Positions 24,913 through 39,400 of a stretch of 64,000 nt of DNA are shown in pieces; position 1 is the first letter of the stretch; each line of letters opens with the position of its first letter. A program made the position numbers and the translations under genes. This stretch comes from Octopus vulgaris (taxonomy: Eukaryota): the NCBI GenBank assembly GCA_951406725.2, contig OX597820.1:41912001-41976000 (forward strand), in the 5' to 3' direction. The notes under the pieces were generated by a model. It was not told where the DNA came from and ran no database searches. It worked only from the letters and a program-made list of their open reading frames with translations.

Positions 24913-26049
24913 ATAGTGAGCATTGTCTTCTGGAACTGTTTTTTTTTTTTCATTCAGAAAGCAATAAAAAAATTATTGTTTAGAATCAAATGGAAATATT
25001 ATTTTACATTTCATATGTTAAACGGCCTGCTGCAAGTGAATTCATATTAATATAACAGACTATAATTTTTCACAATTAATATATAAGATGACATGCTCGA
25101 TATGAAATGCTATAAAGATTTTTTTCTTATATATAATTCGTGGTTTACTCAAGCAAGAGGTCCTAGCGAAATGAGATCTCACCGCTGTTTCAAATTCTGA
25201 CTAATGTCACTCCAATTCACATACGTCAGCATTGTCTTTGGTAAAGAAAAAGAGAAATAGAATGAAATATCGCAATATCTCATCTACTTTCATGTAAATA
25301 TATAGGTCATTGTGCTTAGACACACGAAACTAATTTTACATAAAAGTAGTGAGCGCTACGGAAGAATCGTGAATTTGAATCGTTATTAATTCTCGGTAGG
25401 AGCTGGTTCAATATATTTCTGTTGATAATGTAAGTGAGAAATGCATGAGTGAACTGCCTTCCCTTAAATGGGAATTGCAGAAAATAAAAATGATTATTAC
25501 TACTTACTGATGATGTTAACAACAGCTGATATACTATATAGTATACAAAATGAAACTAGGACAAACGTATGCGTGTGTACAAGTGTGGGATACCACGTAA
25601 ATATAGAGGTGTGTATAAGTTTATTTATATGTGTACACATCTTACGTGCGTATGTATGTATGCGTGCGCATGTGCGTCTGTGAAAATGGCGATGGTAATT
25701 AAGGCTCCAACACTAATGAAATTACAAAGAAAGTATTTGCAGGAATCAGGAAAGTGTATGCTGCAGGAATCAAGAAGAATGTATAGAGGTGGGGAATTTT
25801 TTCTTTCAGATAAAATCGCTGTGCTAAAAATTAATGAGACGCTGGGCCTGGCAGCAGCAACAACAACGGCAGATTTATCAACATCATCACAAATAGAAGC
25901 TGAGTCAGTAGACAATCTAACGCTAACAGCAAACTAAGAATTATTGTTATTATTCTTGTGATCACTTTCGATTCCGTCTTGAAGCTATTTAAATTCTCTT
26001 AGACCACTGGTACACTCGGGAAAACTATGAGACAAAATCTTATTTCCTT

Positions 26050-26163
26050 TCATCATCATCATCATCATCATCATCATCTTCTTTTTCTTCTTCTTCTTCT
26101 TCTTCTTCTTCTTCTTCTTCTTCTTCTTCTTCTTCTTCTTCTTCTTCTTCTTCTTCTTCTTCT
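26050..26163. repeat. (CAT)n-(CTT)n compound microsatellite
   Basis: Directly visible. Confidence 0.95.
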
Positions 26164-26199
26164 ATTAAGTTTTATTGTTACTATTAACATCAATGTATA

Positions 26200-26416
26200 G
26201 GCGGCAGGCTGGTAGAATCGTTAACCATCCGGATGAAATTCGAATCGGAATTTCCCCCATCTTTACATTCCGAGGTCAAACTCCGCAGAGGCCGAATGTC
26301 TTTCATCCATTCTGGGTCGTTGGAATAAATCCTTCTTCAGCACTGGGGTCGGTGCAATCGTTGTGTATCATCCTCTCAATTTTTTAAACCTTGTGACTAA
26401 TGTTGAAAGGATTATT
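26200..26416 (+). mobile_element. Nin/Deu-domain SINE, degenerate full length
   Basis: GGCGGCAGGCTGGTAGAATCGTTA head, CTTTCATCCATTCTGGGTCG, GCACTGGGGTCG, CCTTGTG...GAAAGGATTATT tail. Confidence 0.8.
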
Positions 26417-26723
26417 AAAATCAATGTTATTTTATTTCTTTAATGGTTTGATTCTTCGTGGTCCATATGTTAAAATAAAAATTCTTGTACTTGCTTTGAT
26501 TTCAAATTTAAAGGAGTGGATTAGAAGAAATGGTAGAACATTAGATAAAATACCTTAATGTACTCCTGCTATTTGCGTTCAATCTCCCGTGTTCAATGAA
26601 ATCAAGCATTTGAGTCACCTGGGTTCATTGAAAACACTTACTTAAGTAACTAAAACCTTCCTTAGAAACTGATGTTCTTAGCCATAATTTCGACATTATT
26701 ATTATTATAAAAATCAAGGCCAA

Positions 26724-26880
26724 GGCGGTGATCTGACAGAATCGTTTGTACGCTGAACGGAATGCTTAGCGTTATTTCACCCGTCGCTACGTTCTGAGTT
26801 AAAATTCCTCCGAGGTCTTTCATCCTTTCGGGGTCGATAAATTAAGGACAAGCGACTCTTGTGCCAAAAATTTGAAATCA
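26724..26880 (+). mobile_element. Nin/Deu-domain SINE, internally deleted
   Basis: GGCGGTGATCTGACAGAATCGTT head, CTTTCATCCTTTCGGGGTCGATAAATTAAG, CTTGTGCCAAAAATTTGAAATC tail. Confidence 0.85.
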
Positions 26881-29656
26881 TTGTTACTATAATTATCAGT
26901 AGCAGTAGTAGCAATACTAGAATGAATAATTCAGTACTAGTATCACCAAAAACTGCAATGGAAAACATGGAAAGAAATTTTTTGACAAACGACTGAAGGA
27001 AAATATATACCTAAATATATATCAGTTCGAATTGAATAAAATAGCTTTTAAGTGGGTCGTATCCTACTCATTAAGAAGCACACGCATGTGCTCCCACATG
27101 TGTGATATACACTCATCGACTTATTTTCATGCATATATATATATATGTATATATGTGTGTATGTCTGTGTATGTGTGTGTATGTATACACATATATATAT
27201 ATATATATATATTCAAATACACGCACACAGACCCTCCCCGCACGTGGATGTGTATGTGTGTGTATGCACACATAGAGATACAGACACATCCTACTCGCAC
27301 ACATATAAATTTAATGAAATAGATTGTATATGCATAGCAAATATATAGTTCCATCGGAGAGTCTATATGAATATACATTTACCTTTGTAGTATGTTTATC
27401 TGCATTTTTATACGCCTATTTATATATGTCTGTATCCATATTTTGTACCCATGCATACACCACACACATATGTGTGTCTGTGTGTGTGTGTGTGTGTTTC
27501 CTTGATTGTGTGTGGATTTATCTTTGTATGCGTTCTGTTTTCGTCTCTTTTTGCCCTTAAATGCAAATCCTTTCATAGAGATATACAAAAATATATGCGC
27601 ATAAATATCCCATGTAGGAGATTAATATATTGTCAGTTTGTACGAATCAAACATTTTTATAACGCAGGAGGGAAGCTTTCATTTCATATTCGCATGTACA
27701 CACATATATTCAGATAATGGGAGAGTAAAGGAGTAGGAAGGAGATAGAGAAAGGTAATAAGGGGATAAAGAGAGAAACAATGAGAGAGAAACAAAGTGAG
27801 AGGAATGATTATGTATGTACGTGTGCTTCTGTGCGTTTGATTGGAAAGAGGAATAGAGAAAAGCATGTGCACATTCATATCACCTCCCCTTCATGCTAAC
27901 ATACACATGCAAAGATTCAGTTCCATAGACGCACAAAGCTCAAAGCCGAGAATATTGCATATAGTTATTGAAGTGTGTTCGCGTAGAGTGTGGCGAAACG
28001 TGAGCATGCGCACATAGAATCACTAAAACTTGATTCTTTTATGGCGACGCAATCTCTGGTCGTTATTATTGTCGGAGACAATTCTTTGAAGTTAGCGCGG
28101 TCCAAGAGGAGATTTTTCCTGTCTGTTATATCTCTAGTGATTGTGCTCCGACGAAACCCGATCATCATCGATTCTATTTCGCACAGGGGGCCACAGCTAT
28201 CGGATCGATATTGGCATAACCTTTGCCGAAGTGGGTCAGATGGTTGCTTGGCATTCGGAAGTTTACTGTCGTAGTCCTACTTCCCATACTTTAATTCCCC
28301 ATCCACCACCTACTGCACTTGACGTGCTAGTGAGCGTATCTGTGTATGTGTGTGTGTGTGTGTGTGTGGACTGTGTGTGTGTGTGTGTGGACTGTGTGTG
28401 TGTGTGTGTGACTGTGTGTGTGTATGTGTGTCCTTGAATGCATGTCTTGCGTATATGAGTTTATGTGTTTGAATGTAGCATGCATAGTTTTACTCAGGTC
28501 GGGTGGCTGAGAGAAGCCATTGATCAAGTTGACGATAGCAATGATGTGACTATTGTTATTACTACTGCCGCTGTTTTAGTTTGTTGTTGTAGTTGTTGTT
28601 GTTGTTGTTGAGGCTGGTACTGCTACTGTTACTGCTGCTGAATTCAGGTGTATATGATGATAACGATGAGAATGTTGATGTTAAGGTTATTTTTAGTTTG
28701 TTTAAAACATTTGTTTTGTTGTCATTTCTTATCATTGTTGTTATTGAGAATGTTGCCATCGCTGCTATTTCTTTTGTTGTTGTAGTGAATAACGTTAAAG
28801 GAATGGGATGGAAAGATAGTGTGGAAGTAGTTTCTTTGGTTTCCGTTTTTTTTCTCTCCTTATTTCTTTCTATCTTTTTTTTGTTGTTGCATATAACGTG
28901 GTAGAGTGGGTGTATATGTGGGTGTAATGTACTACTGAGGCTTCTGTTGCAGCGTTTTGGTTTTGCGTTTTGCCTCTGTTGATATTGTTGCTTTTGTTGT
29001 TGCTGTTTGTAGCTGCTGCTGTGCATAGCGTTGTAGAATTGGCGTTGAATAGTGTGTCATGGATGGGTATGTGTATGTTCGTATGCATCTTTGGTGTGTG
29101 TGGTTTTCTGTATGCGCTTGGGTGTGTGTGTGAATGTTTAAGTGGTAAGAGATGAGAATTAGAGATTAATGACAATGTCAGTATTTAAGGTGGTTTTGCT
29201 TTTGCTCTTTTCTATTTTTCACTGTATTCCATTTTCACCCTTTTTTTTTTCTACCCCTTCTTACATTTTTTCCCCGTTTAAAAGTTAGTGTTTAGTTGAA
29301 TGGAAAAGTTAACTGAAACGAGAATCTGGCGGTGGCATGGATGGATGTATCAAATTCTATATTGATAGTGATGCTAACGCAGCAATAGATTCCATTCGAA
29401 ATCTTTACAAAATGATGATGCTACATGGTGCTAGCCACCTCACACAGTCTCTTTAGTACACCCTCTTTACTATACAACCACATTTCTGCTGCACCTCAAT
29501 AACAGCCAGGCTGGCTGACTGGCTGGTATGGCAGGTTGGTCGGACGTGCTGCTATGTCATATACAGCCAGTGATTTTGATAGCATTGGTGGACGTCAATG
29601 GGCATTTGAGTAAGGAACAACATGTCCTTCACGCTGCTCACAAAATAACACTACTT

Positions 29657-29701
<45 letters not shown>

Positions 29702-31148
29702 ATTCTCTCACTCTATGTATCCTCATCTTTCTTATTTCGTAATTTTCGCTTCAATGCTTCGCTATTCTTGTCCCTCTCTCTTTCTCCAGTTCTCTCTCAT
29801 TCCTTCTCTGTCCGTGTATCCACATTTCACCATTCTCTTCTCATCCTTTTTCCTACAAACTATTTTATTTTCAGCAGTACAAGCTAATGCAAGTGGTGGA
29901 AGTGAAGCGGTTACGTGTACACAGGAACATGCATAGGTGCACTATATGTCGTTACGCGCGTGCGCACACTCGCACGTTTGAGTGTGCGCGCGTGTGTATG
30001 TGTGCGTATGTGTTTGTTTATGTGTGTGTCTGGTGTATTCGTCTGTGTGTGGAAGAGTGTGCACGCGCACGTATTTGTGGCAATCTGATGGCGCTATTTG
30101 GTTTTCATGTTTCTATGAGTATGTATATACACAACCACGTGAATCATACTCCCTCTGCTTCCTCTCTCTCGCGCTCTCTCTCTCTCTCTCTCTCCCTCAG
30201 TAATCCCTTTTCTGCTTTGAAGGTATGTGCTTGTATGTATGAGCTCTTTTATATGCCATATAAATGGTATTTATGTGCTTCAACATGGTGTCTCTGTTAT
30301 ATACATCGTATATATGTATCAACACACGCAAACACACACACATATATGTATATGTAAGGGGCCCATATAATCGTTTATACTTCTATGGTTGAGTATGTTG
30401 CTCACCATTCGTATATTATTCTCTGAAAGAGAATGAGTATGTTTTTGCGTGTGCACGGACATGTGTGCATGTAGTGAGTGAGCGTGAGTGAGCGTGCGTG
30501 CGAGTGGACAAGCATGAGTTGCTTTGTTCAGCAATGTTGTATGCGCGTGTCATACGCGCCGTGATTGTGCGCGTGTGTTTGCCTGTACGGTTGAATGTAA
30601 ATATGTGCACGTGTGGGCGGATGTGTGAGCTGCATACAAAGCAGAGAATGAATGTGGTGCGGTTGGAGATGTCAAGTTAGTTTGTACGCATGGCCAGCCA
30701 TCGTGTCATAGAGAGTGGTTTTTCGATTTCGTTTATTTGCTGCAGAAGAACTGAATATAGTTATGGTATTGGTGGTGATGGTGGCAGAACTGGGGATGGT
30801 CGTGGTGGTGGGAGCGCTACTGCCGTTTGGGTGAAGGCGGAGGAGGGCATCGACCATTGATCTCTCATCAGGGAAAGCAATGTAGTGGGACAGGAAATAT
30901 ACAATGGGTCAAATCGAAGAAAGGAAGAAAATTCGTTCGACATACATTTATTAACAATTGAAAGACACAACTCGCATACACGCATACGCACAAAGTCACA
31001 AGTACACGCACATATTTATACACATGGACGCACTTAAACACCAATTCGATATTCATATGCATAATCATGCATTTATAATTACATAAAATCAAACGCATAT
31101 ATAGGACAAGGTGTTTTTGTAATGCGCACACGGACACATATACACGCG

Positions 31149-31195
<47 letters not shown>

Positions 31196-31202
31196 AAGTG
31201 TT

Positions 31203-31238
<36 letters not shown>

Positions 31239-31628
31239 CATATATGTTCATATAAAGATACATACTCGTTCGCCGTCACACACGCTATCCACACACACCA
31301 CACACACTCACAGAGAAGCAATAAGAAAATGTGAATTGAAGTACGTTATGAGAAAGCGCATGATAAAACTAATGTCTTAGCCATATATGAGTGCAGTCCA
31401 ACTGGCAAAAAATGGTTTGAAGTATGACTGTACCGTAATAAATAAATATTTTACCAGAGCACGAAACAAAGTTTCTGTGATCTAGTTGGCTCTGTAAATA
31501 ACCTGACAGTCGCACGATCAGCCGGAATTAGAAAAAAAAAAAAACTGGACACCCGGATTTATCCATCTTAAAATACATGTGTCAGACGTGTCACGGGATA
31601 TCAAAATTTGCTGTGTATATGTATGTAC

Positions 31629-31817
<189 letters not shown>

Positions 31818-32082
31818 CAGATATAGAGACAATAATGCAAATGAGTTTGATATACGGAATCTACATTCATGTAAACATATAAATAATGAAAAGTGAAAGA
31901 CTGGAAGATTTTCAGATGATTAACATTGAAGTATAACTATGTATGTATATATATATCGCTGACACGGTCCTCGGTAAAGTTTTCGGAGTATAACATTTTT
32001 TGAGCCCTAATAAGTGTTTTCTTGACAGATGTGAGATGAGAAGAATGTTGATATCAGGGTTATACTTGATATATATGTATAA

Positions 32083-32127
<45 letters not shown>

Positions 32128-32848
32128 CATATGGGATTATGTGTATAAACATTAAAAGCATTGATATATGTATAATTTGTCTAAGATTTGAGCAAAGAAA
32201 GACAATTGTACCCAGAATCGCACCAATATTTACTAAGAGTAGTAGAAAACATCGAAGACACTAATTAAATTGCAATGAAAATTAAGGAAAGGTTGAATGA
32301 GTGTTTATATTTGTCTCTGATTTCCAAAATTAATAACACAAGCCTCATCAGTAACCGGAAATAATTTCACTATGGACAATAAGGCACGAAGATTAATAAA
32401 TCCGATTACATTTCCATGCGTCAATGCTCTGTGATTCGAGCTCTTTATTTTTCCAGCTTAGAAGTTAGATTTGCCTATAAATGCATGAACATGAAGAATT
32501 TCGCTAGTAAATATGTAGTTTAGAACCATTGAGGTAAAACATGAGAATTTATTAGACATGCAGATGCACGAAACTTGGATGGCTGCATTTATGCTGTATC
32601 GGTTAATTTAGGTGAGAATTAGAGCTGGGTCATAATCCACGCATAAATATAATAAATGTTCTGCGGACGATATAGTCTCATAGCGGCGGTGAAAGTTGTT
32701 GGTAATTAGATGGTGGTACATGCATGTATACGTCTGGAATTTTGATGTTTTCTGGATAAATAAACAACAACGTGGAAGCAACTATACTGTACACGCATAG
32801 ATACAAACGCACTCACTTATATGTATGCAAGTATACATATTTATGTAT

Positions 32849-32919
<71 letters not shown>

Positions 32920-35037
32920 CATACAAATATGTTTACATATATATATATATATACATATGTTGATATGTAGAAGATACATCCTGTTTCTTGTTGGCTAAAA
33001 TTTTGTACATAATAACCCTGTGCGTATGGCTACATTCAAAAGGTAGCCAAGTGTACATGTGTATGCGCATGTGCATATGCGACCGCCAGTATACCTTGTT
33101 ATGTATATGTTATCTTCTATTTCAACTAAACACACTTTCATATATAGTTTCAGATAATTAAATCTGATTTCTGAAAAATTCTGATTCAGGGCGAAAATCC
33201 GGAATCTACGTTCAGACAAAATCGATTTTGTCCTTATATGCCTGAAGTACAAATATTTAAGCATATTAAAAAGGAAACAATTTAATATTGATTTGGTGCA
33301 AGACAAACTCTGCTCCGAAAGTTTTAATCTGATGGTAGAAATGTTAATATATTGTTAACGTTTGAAATTGTTTTTGTTGGTAATGCGTACGTAGCAATGG
33401 GATGAAAGCCTGTTTTTTTGTTAATCTTCAAGTTACTTTTAAATTTGACTGCATTCCCGCTCACTATGCAATAATTTTCAAATTTTTAATTATAAACATG
33501 AAAGAAAAAAATATACATTTAATGAAAGCAGTATTTGTAAGGAATTCTATTAAAAGTGCCAAATATTTGGGGATATTAATCGAGGAAGAATTGGTATGAG
33601 CATGTATCATTATTTTAAGAGCCCATGTGGTCCCGAATAAATACAGCTATGGAGTATCAATTTTGATACGGAAAATAGCATTAGGTACTAGTACATAACG
33701 ATTACGCAGTAAAAGCTATTTTACTGTGATATTGTTTTGTATGAAGTTAGATATTTACTGCAGAAAATCTCGAGTATGTTGCACTATATATTCTGGTCGT
33801 ATCGTTAAAGAACAGTCTTCCACGTAGTTGCCAAAGGGAGAGCAATAAAGTAAATTGCACAAAAGACTTTTGGTTTGGGAAAATGGAATTGTTCGGTAAT
33901 TCAGAGACGCCATATATATAGAGCACAATATGTAAATTTGTATTAACACATGTTACGTACGGATAATTGAATGCTAACTTGAAAGAAATATTCTCAACTG
34001 TTCATTGTCCAAATTCTATTTTTAATTAATTTTAATTACTTAAAATTTCGAGGTAGCTCCCCTGCCTTCCTTCATGAGAATTGGTCATTAATGTAATGAC
34101 TTTTTCTTCTCACAACGGGTGTGATTTTCATTAGTCACAATTTCTTGACTCCATATATTAAGTACGCTAGCACCGACCTTACACAGATCATACATTGTTA
34201 AATCTTCTCTTAAAAAGTTAATAAAAACTAAAAAGATTTTCCTTAACAAAAAAACCCATTTGTTCTGCTTGTTAGCACTGCATACTTTACTGATACCTGA
34301 TAAAAGGCATTAAAAAATTTTCTCGTACTGTTATTAATAAATCAGATGACTGAAGGTAAATATGCTCTGGGTATGGGATGGACAGGGGAGTTTTCTGTAT
34401 ATGGAGTTGGTTTCAATTCCCAATAGATCCAGCTTCATCTACACTAAATATATAAACGCTAGAAATTACACTACTTCATAATTCCGTCACGAAACACGAG
34501 AAAATTGTTTCCATTCCTTGTTTTAGTAATTTATATTTGTCGTCAATTTGTATTGTCTGGGATATTGATACTGATTTCTAACTGTGGCTCAAGGCCAGAT
34601 ATTTCAAGGTAGAAGCATATTCGATCGTATTAACTCCATTAGTGATTGTTGCTAAACACCAGGTCAAATTTGATTGGACATATTATCAATGTCTCATTGA
34701 AACATTATCAATGGTCTTTATGCCATTACCAACCTATTACATCTTATCTATCATTAAATAACCATTGCGCTTCTACATTTTAAAAAGAAAACAATAGAAT
34801 ATATTAGAGACAGTTGGCTGCTACTTCTAAAAGGTCGATAGAGAATTTAGAGTCTTTTTAGTTTTTTAAAGTGACAAGGAAATGTCTATAACGCGGTGGA
34901 ATTTCATGGGATCTCGTTCTTTAATTACAGAGATTTGCCTCGTGAACTTTTGTATCCTCACATAGATATATGTTGAATATATACTTATTCACAAGAATGT
35001 GCCCTCACACACACTTACACTATCAATTACATAGTCA

Positions 35038-35073
<36 letters not shown>

Positions 35074-35320
35074 AAAGAAAGAAAGAAAGAAAGAAAAAAA
35101 GAAAGAAAGAAAGAAAAAAAGAAAAATGAATACGATGAAGAAATTTCCTGCGGTTCCAACGACACAGACTTGCCTGATTGGCTGGCTGTTTTCTAAAAAT
35201 GTTTCAGCAAGTCTAAAGGAAAATGTGACCACAGTAACATTTAAAAGGATGTACCGCAATTCGTTCCAACATGTTTTTAAGGGCTTCTATTTAATACAGT
35301 ATACATATGTATATATATAT

Positions 35321-35699
35321 TACTCTTACTCTTTTACTTGTTTCAGTCATTTGACTGCGGCCATGCTGCAGCACCGCCTTTAGTCGAGCAGATTGAACCC
35401 GGTACTTATTCTTTGTAAGCCCAGTACTTATTCTATCGGTCTCTTTTGCCAAACCGCTAGGTGACGGGGACGTAAACACACCAGCATCGGTTGTCAAGCA
35501 ATGCTAGGGAAACAAACACAGACGCACAAACATATACACACACACACCCATATTTATATACATATATACGACAGGCTTCTTTCAGTTTCCGTCTACCAAA
35601 TCCACTCACAAGGCATTTGCCCAAGATGCCACGCAGTAGGACTGAACCCGGAACCATGTGGTTGGTTAGCAAGCTACTTACCACACAGCCAATCCTGCG

Positions 35700-35701
<2 letters not shown>
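35321..35701 (-). mobile_element. CORE-type tRNA-derived SINE, near full length
   Basis: Minus strand reads GGCGCAGGATTGGCTGTGTGGTAAGTAGC (A-box), GGTTCAGTCC (B-box), CTTGGGCAAATG (CORE-like), and ends GCATGGCCGCAGTCAAATGACTGAAACAAGTAAAAGAGTAAGAGTA. Inserted in (TA)n. Confidence 0.92.
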
Positions 35702-35797
<96 letters not shown>

Positions 35798-35805
35798 TTC
35801 ATATA

Positions 35806-35926
35806 TTGGCCTTCTTGCTTAGCCAGCGAGGTGGCGTCATTTGAAGGCTAAAAAAATTCGAAGCGCATTGTGACCAGCGATGTGTAGCAACATCTAATTG
35901 CCTGGTCGGTGACGGTGATCCCGGTG
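35806..35926 (+). mobile_element. GC-richer 120-bp island inside a (TA)n tract, probable 3' end of a 5'-truncated retroelement
   Basis: Sharp compositional boundaries with TA repeats on both sides and a nested stem GACCAG/CTGGTC enclosing GATGT/ACATC. Family assignment is inference. Confidence 0.5.
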
Positions 35927-35928
35927 TA

Positions 35929-35961
<33 letters not shown>

Positions 35962-36036
35962 CATACATACATATATAATATTCATATATTTATTTATGTG
36001 TATGTGTGCATGACGTCATGTACACACACACTCACG

Positions 36037-36067
<31 letters not shown>

Positions 36068-36124
36068 GGTGCCTATATTTATGAACTTTTCATTACGAAC
36101 TATTAGCGCACTGTCATCCCAATT

Positions 36125-36300
36125 TGGATAATCCTTTAGAAAATCGGTTGCAACCTATCTGGAATAATCTCATCAAGCAGATTAAAATATATGCACACAG
36201 GAAATATATAAACACGAATAGATAGAGATACACAGTCAAAAAGAGGTGATATACAAGAAATAAATGACAAATAGTATGTCTGGATAATCCACTATTATCC
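36125..36300. promoter_or_regulatory. Candidate K50-homeodomain (TAATCC/TAATCT) site cluster
   Basis: TGGATAATCC at 36125-36134 and 36281-36290, plus TAATCT and AGATTA between them. Confidence 0.25.
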
Positions 36301-36461
36301 GCCGCCAACGCATGGAAACCTTTGGCCGTTGTTGAAAATGATCATTGGCTAGTCCACTTGGTCGATTATATGACTTGTCATATAGTACAGTTTCGTCAAT
36401 GGAAAGAAGCGAAGAATCAGGGTGAGAGGGTAAAAGAGAGAGAAAGAGAGAAAGGAAGAAT

Positions 36462-36497
<36 letters not shown>

Positions 36498-36899
36498 GGT
36501 AGAGAGAAAGTGAGAGAACAAGAGTGTGTGAGAGTGAGAAAGAGAAAAACGGAAAAGTAAACATGGTTTTCAAATTGAGACCTAGAGATGCGGAGAGGAG
36601 GTATTGATAGATTGGATGGAAGACAGATGTAAAAGGAAGAGAGAGAAAGAGCGCCAGAGAAAGTGAGAAGGAGAGAGAGAGATAGAGAGAAAGAGTGAGA
36701 GAGAGAGAATGGTAGAGGGATAGAGACAGAAAGAAAGAAATAGTCATATCAAGCCACTGCGTGAGACAGAGGGACTAATAAAAGCATAGGAAACGTTGCA
36801 GAAAAGAAAAGGTATAATCTTTGTAAGTGAACTGATACATGTGTACGCATGTGTGTGTGGGTTGTGCGCGCTCGTATATGTGTGTATGTTTGTGTATGA

Positions 36900-36944
<45 letters not shown>

Positions 36945-37834
36945 GAGAGATAGATAGATAGAGATAAAGAGAGAGAGAGAGAGAATCGAGATGGACAGAA
37001 AGAAATTTAAGGAGAAAAGGCTGAGGGATAGGTAGAGAAGAGAGAGAAGCTAGAAATAGGAGGAAAAGAAAAGGGTAAGAGAGAAGAAGAAATAAGAAAG
37101 AGGAAGAACATAATAAAATTCAAAGATAAACAAATAAACGGTGAAATTGTTAAAATAAAGTAAAAACCGTAAAAAATTAACAAAAACCAACCAAAAACAG
37201 ACACAATAACAAGAATACGGAACCAAGATATAATCGTGATTAAAATCAATATTTTTACAGCTTTTAAAAGATTAATAATTTTTCCAATATTGGGATTTTT
37301 GATCACATCAAACAATAACACTGGTTATTAAGCACCTGTAGTGGGGTGGGCCTGGAGAAAAAGTGGTGGTGGTCATGAGACAGGGTGTGGAGGGTGTGAA
37401 ATGGTGGATGTGTTGAACTATTATTAAACATGAATCACCAAACGAGAGAAGGCAGACATGCACACATTTAGGAATATACACATCTGCACATACAAGGTAA
37501 ACACACACATAAATATACACATATCACCACACACATATAGCCGAATGTGCATTTATATACAAATAAGAGAATTCATACATACATAATTACATACGAACAT
37601 ACACACACACATGCACACACATATGCATACATACATACATACATACATAGATACATACATACATACATACATACATACCTAAAAAGCCGTACAAATACAG
37701 AAATATCTACCATCTTATAGATGTTGAAATTTCAAGAACATTCGTTGAAAGATGGTCAACACCTAGTATTGTACAATGATATGTATCTATGCAAAATATT
37801 AGTTTGATAAATTCTATGAAAGAAACGAACAGCT

Positions 37835-37889
<55 letters not shown>

Positions 37890-37941
37890 CAATCTATCTA
37901 TCCACATTTATAGACATATATATGCCTGTGCTTGTATGCAC

Positions 37942-37973
<32 letters not shown>

Positions 37974-39224
37974 TTATCTGTGTGTGTGTATGTATATATA
38001 TATATATGTGTATGTGTATGCATATATATGTATATGTGTACACAATAAAAAAACATATACATATGCTACACACATACACACACACACACATATATATATG
38101 TGTGTGTATACATAAGTAAATACACACACGAGTGTGTGTGTTTCTAAACATTCATGCACACAAAGAAATCTAGATTAGCATATATTTTCCACATTAAAAG
38201 TTGCAATACATACTGGCATTAGAGATGTAACTCGTTTGTCAAATTAGCAAAACCAAATTATCTGTACGCTATATTCTCAATTCTCACCTGAAAATTTCAC
38301 AGCTGAACACTAGCTTTGACCAACTGACCATTACTAAATCCATACATGAACAAATTTAAGATCACTAAAATAAAATGCCATCTTCACGACCTGCATCAAT
38401 GTCTTCCATCATTCTGACTGTAGTATGTTATGCGTTCTTGACAATGAATAACTTGTATTTGTTATTATCATTTCTGTTTCGAAAGGAACGATCTGTTATT
38501 GATGATCTTACTTCATTGTACTTCACTGCACTTGAATGAAGTACGTTGACGCTTTACATTTTTGAAGGTATTTAGTTACACTTCTTCACGTTGAAGTTCA
38601 AATCTCAAATTGACTTTTACTTCATTCTTCCAGTGGTGATAAAGTAAAAGACGAATACTATTATTATTAAAATATATAATATTTTCTTGATTTTCTAATT
38701 TTGAGCTGAATCTGTCGTTTGGTTTAACCTCACCGTCTGGTACCTTACATAAATTTAGCATCATCCGCTTAGCTTCATGCTTCAAGGTCATGTCACAAGT
38801 TTGTGTATACCTTCCAAAGTCCCACCAGTCTTGGACATTGCTATTTTACCTGAATAAATGATAAAAAAATGACTGTGCTCTCAATTTTAGTCTCTGTCTG
38901 TCTGGCTGGCTGACTGTCAGTCTCTCTCCCCCCCTCTCTCTCTCTCATTGAAAGATTTTGGCTTTGTTACTAAGTCTAAAGTGGTTTTCATGCCTTTTCT
39001 GATATATTTTTCTTCTCTTCCAATTTATTCCGTTTCTCTTCGCATATAGATCTATATGCAGAATAAGATTTGTTTGTTTCTGTATCTAGATATCTATGCA
39101 GATTTTCCATTTGAATGGAAAGGTGCCTATTTGTCATTGATTTTTTATTGTTTCCCACACGTAATGAAATATAATGCAATTAAGTATATTCCGTTTTATT
39201 CAACGGAAAGTGTGTAAACAATGT

Positions 39225-39400
39225 ATACTCCAGTAGTAGATCGAAGTTCCCTGTAATGAGTGGCATTCAAATCATAACCATCTTCTTGTTCTCAAAGAAC
39301 TGAGTATTTTGGATTACATTATCAAACGCTGTTTTAAGAAAATAACGCTTGATTTGAGGGATATTTTGCGTATATCCCTATTAGATCAAATGACTTTTAT
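39225..39400 (+). repeat. Old dispersed repeat (related copies at about 43235-43400 and 60121-60295)
   Basis: Shared order of degenerate blocks: CATxxCCATC, TACxxTATCxAA, GATTTG and TGCTAxTT, GACC. Judged by eye. Confidence 0.5.

Noticed and set aside
25810-25937. Terminal coding exon DKIAVLKINETLGLAAATTT...TAN after a TTTTTCTTTCAG acceptor
   Set aside because: The acceptor is plausible but the peptide is low-complexity and unrecognisable, with no independent support.
38576-38791. 71-aa minus-strand ORF
   Set aside because: It overlaps a decayed Nin-SINE fragment at about 38595-38650 and has no domain signal.
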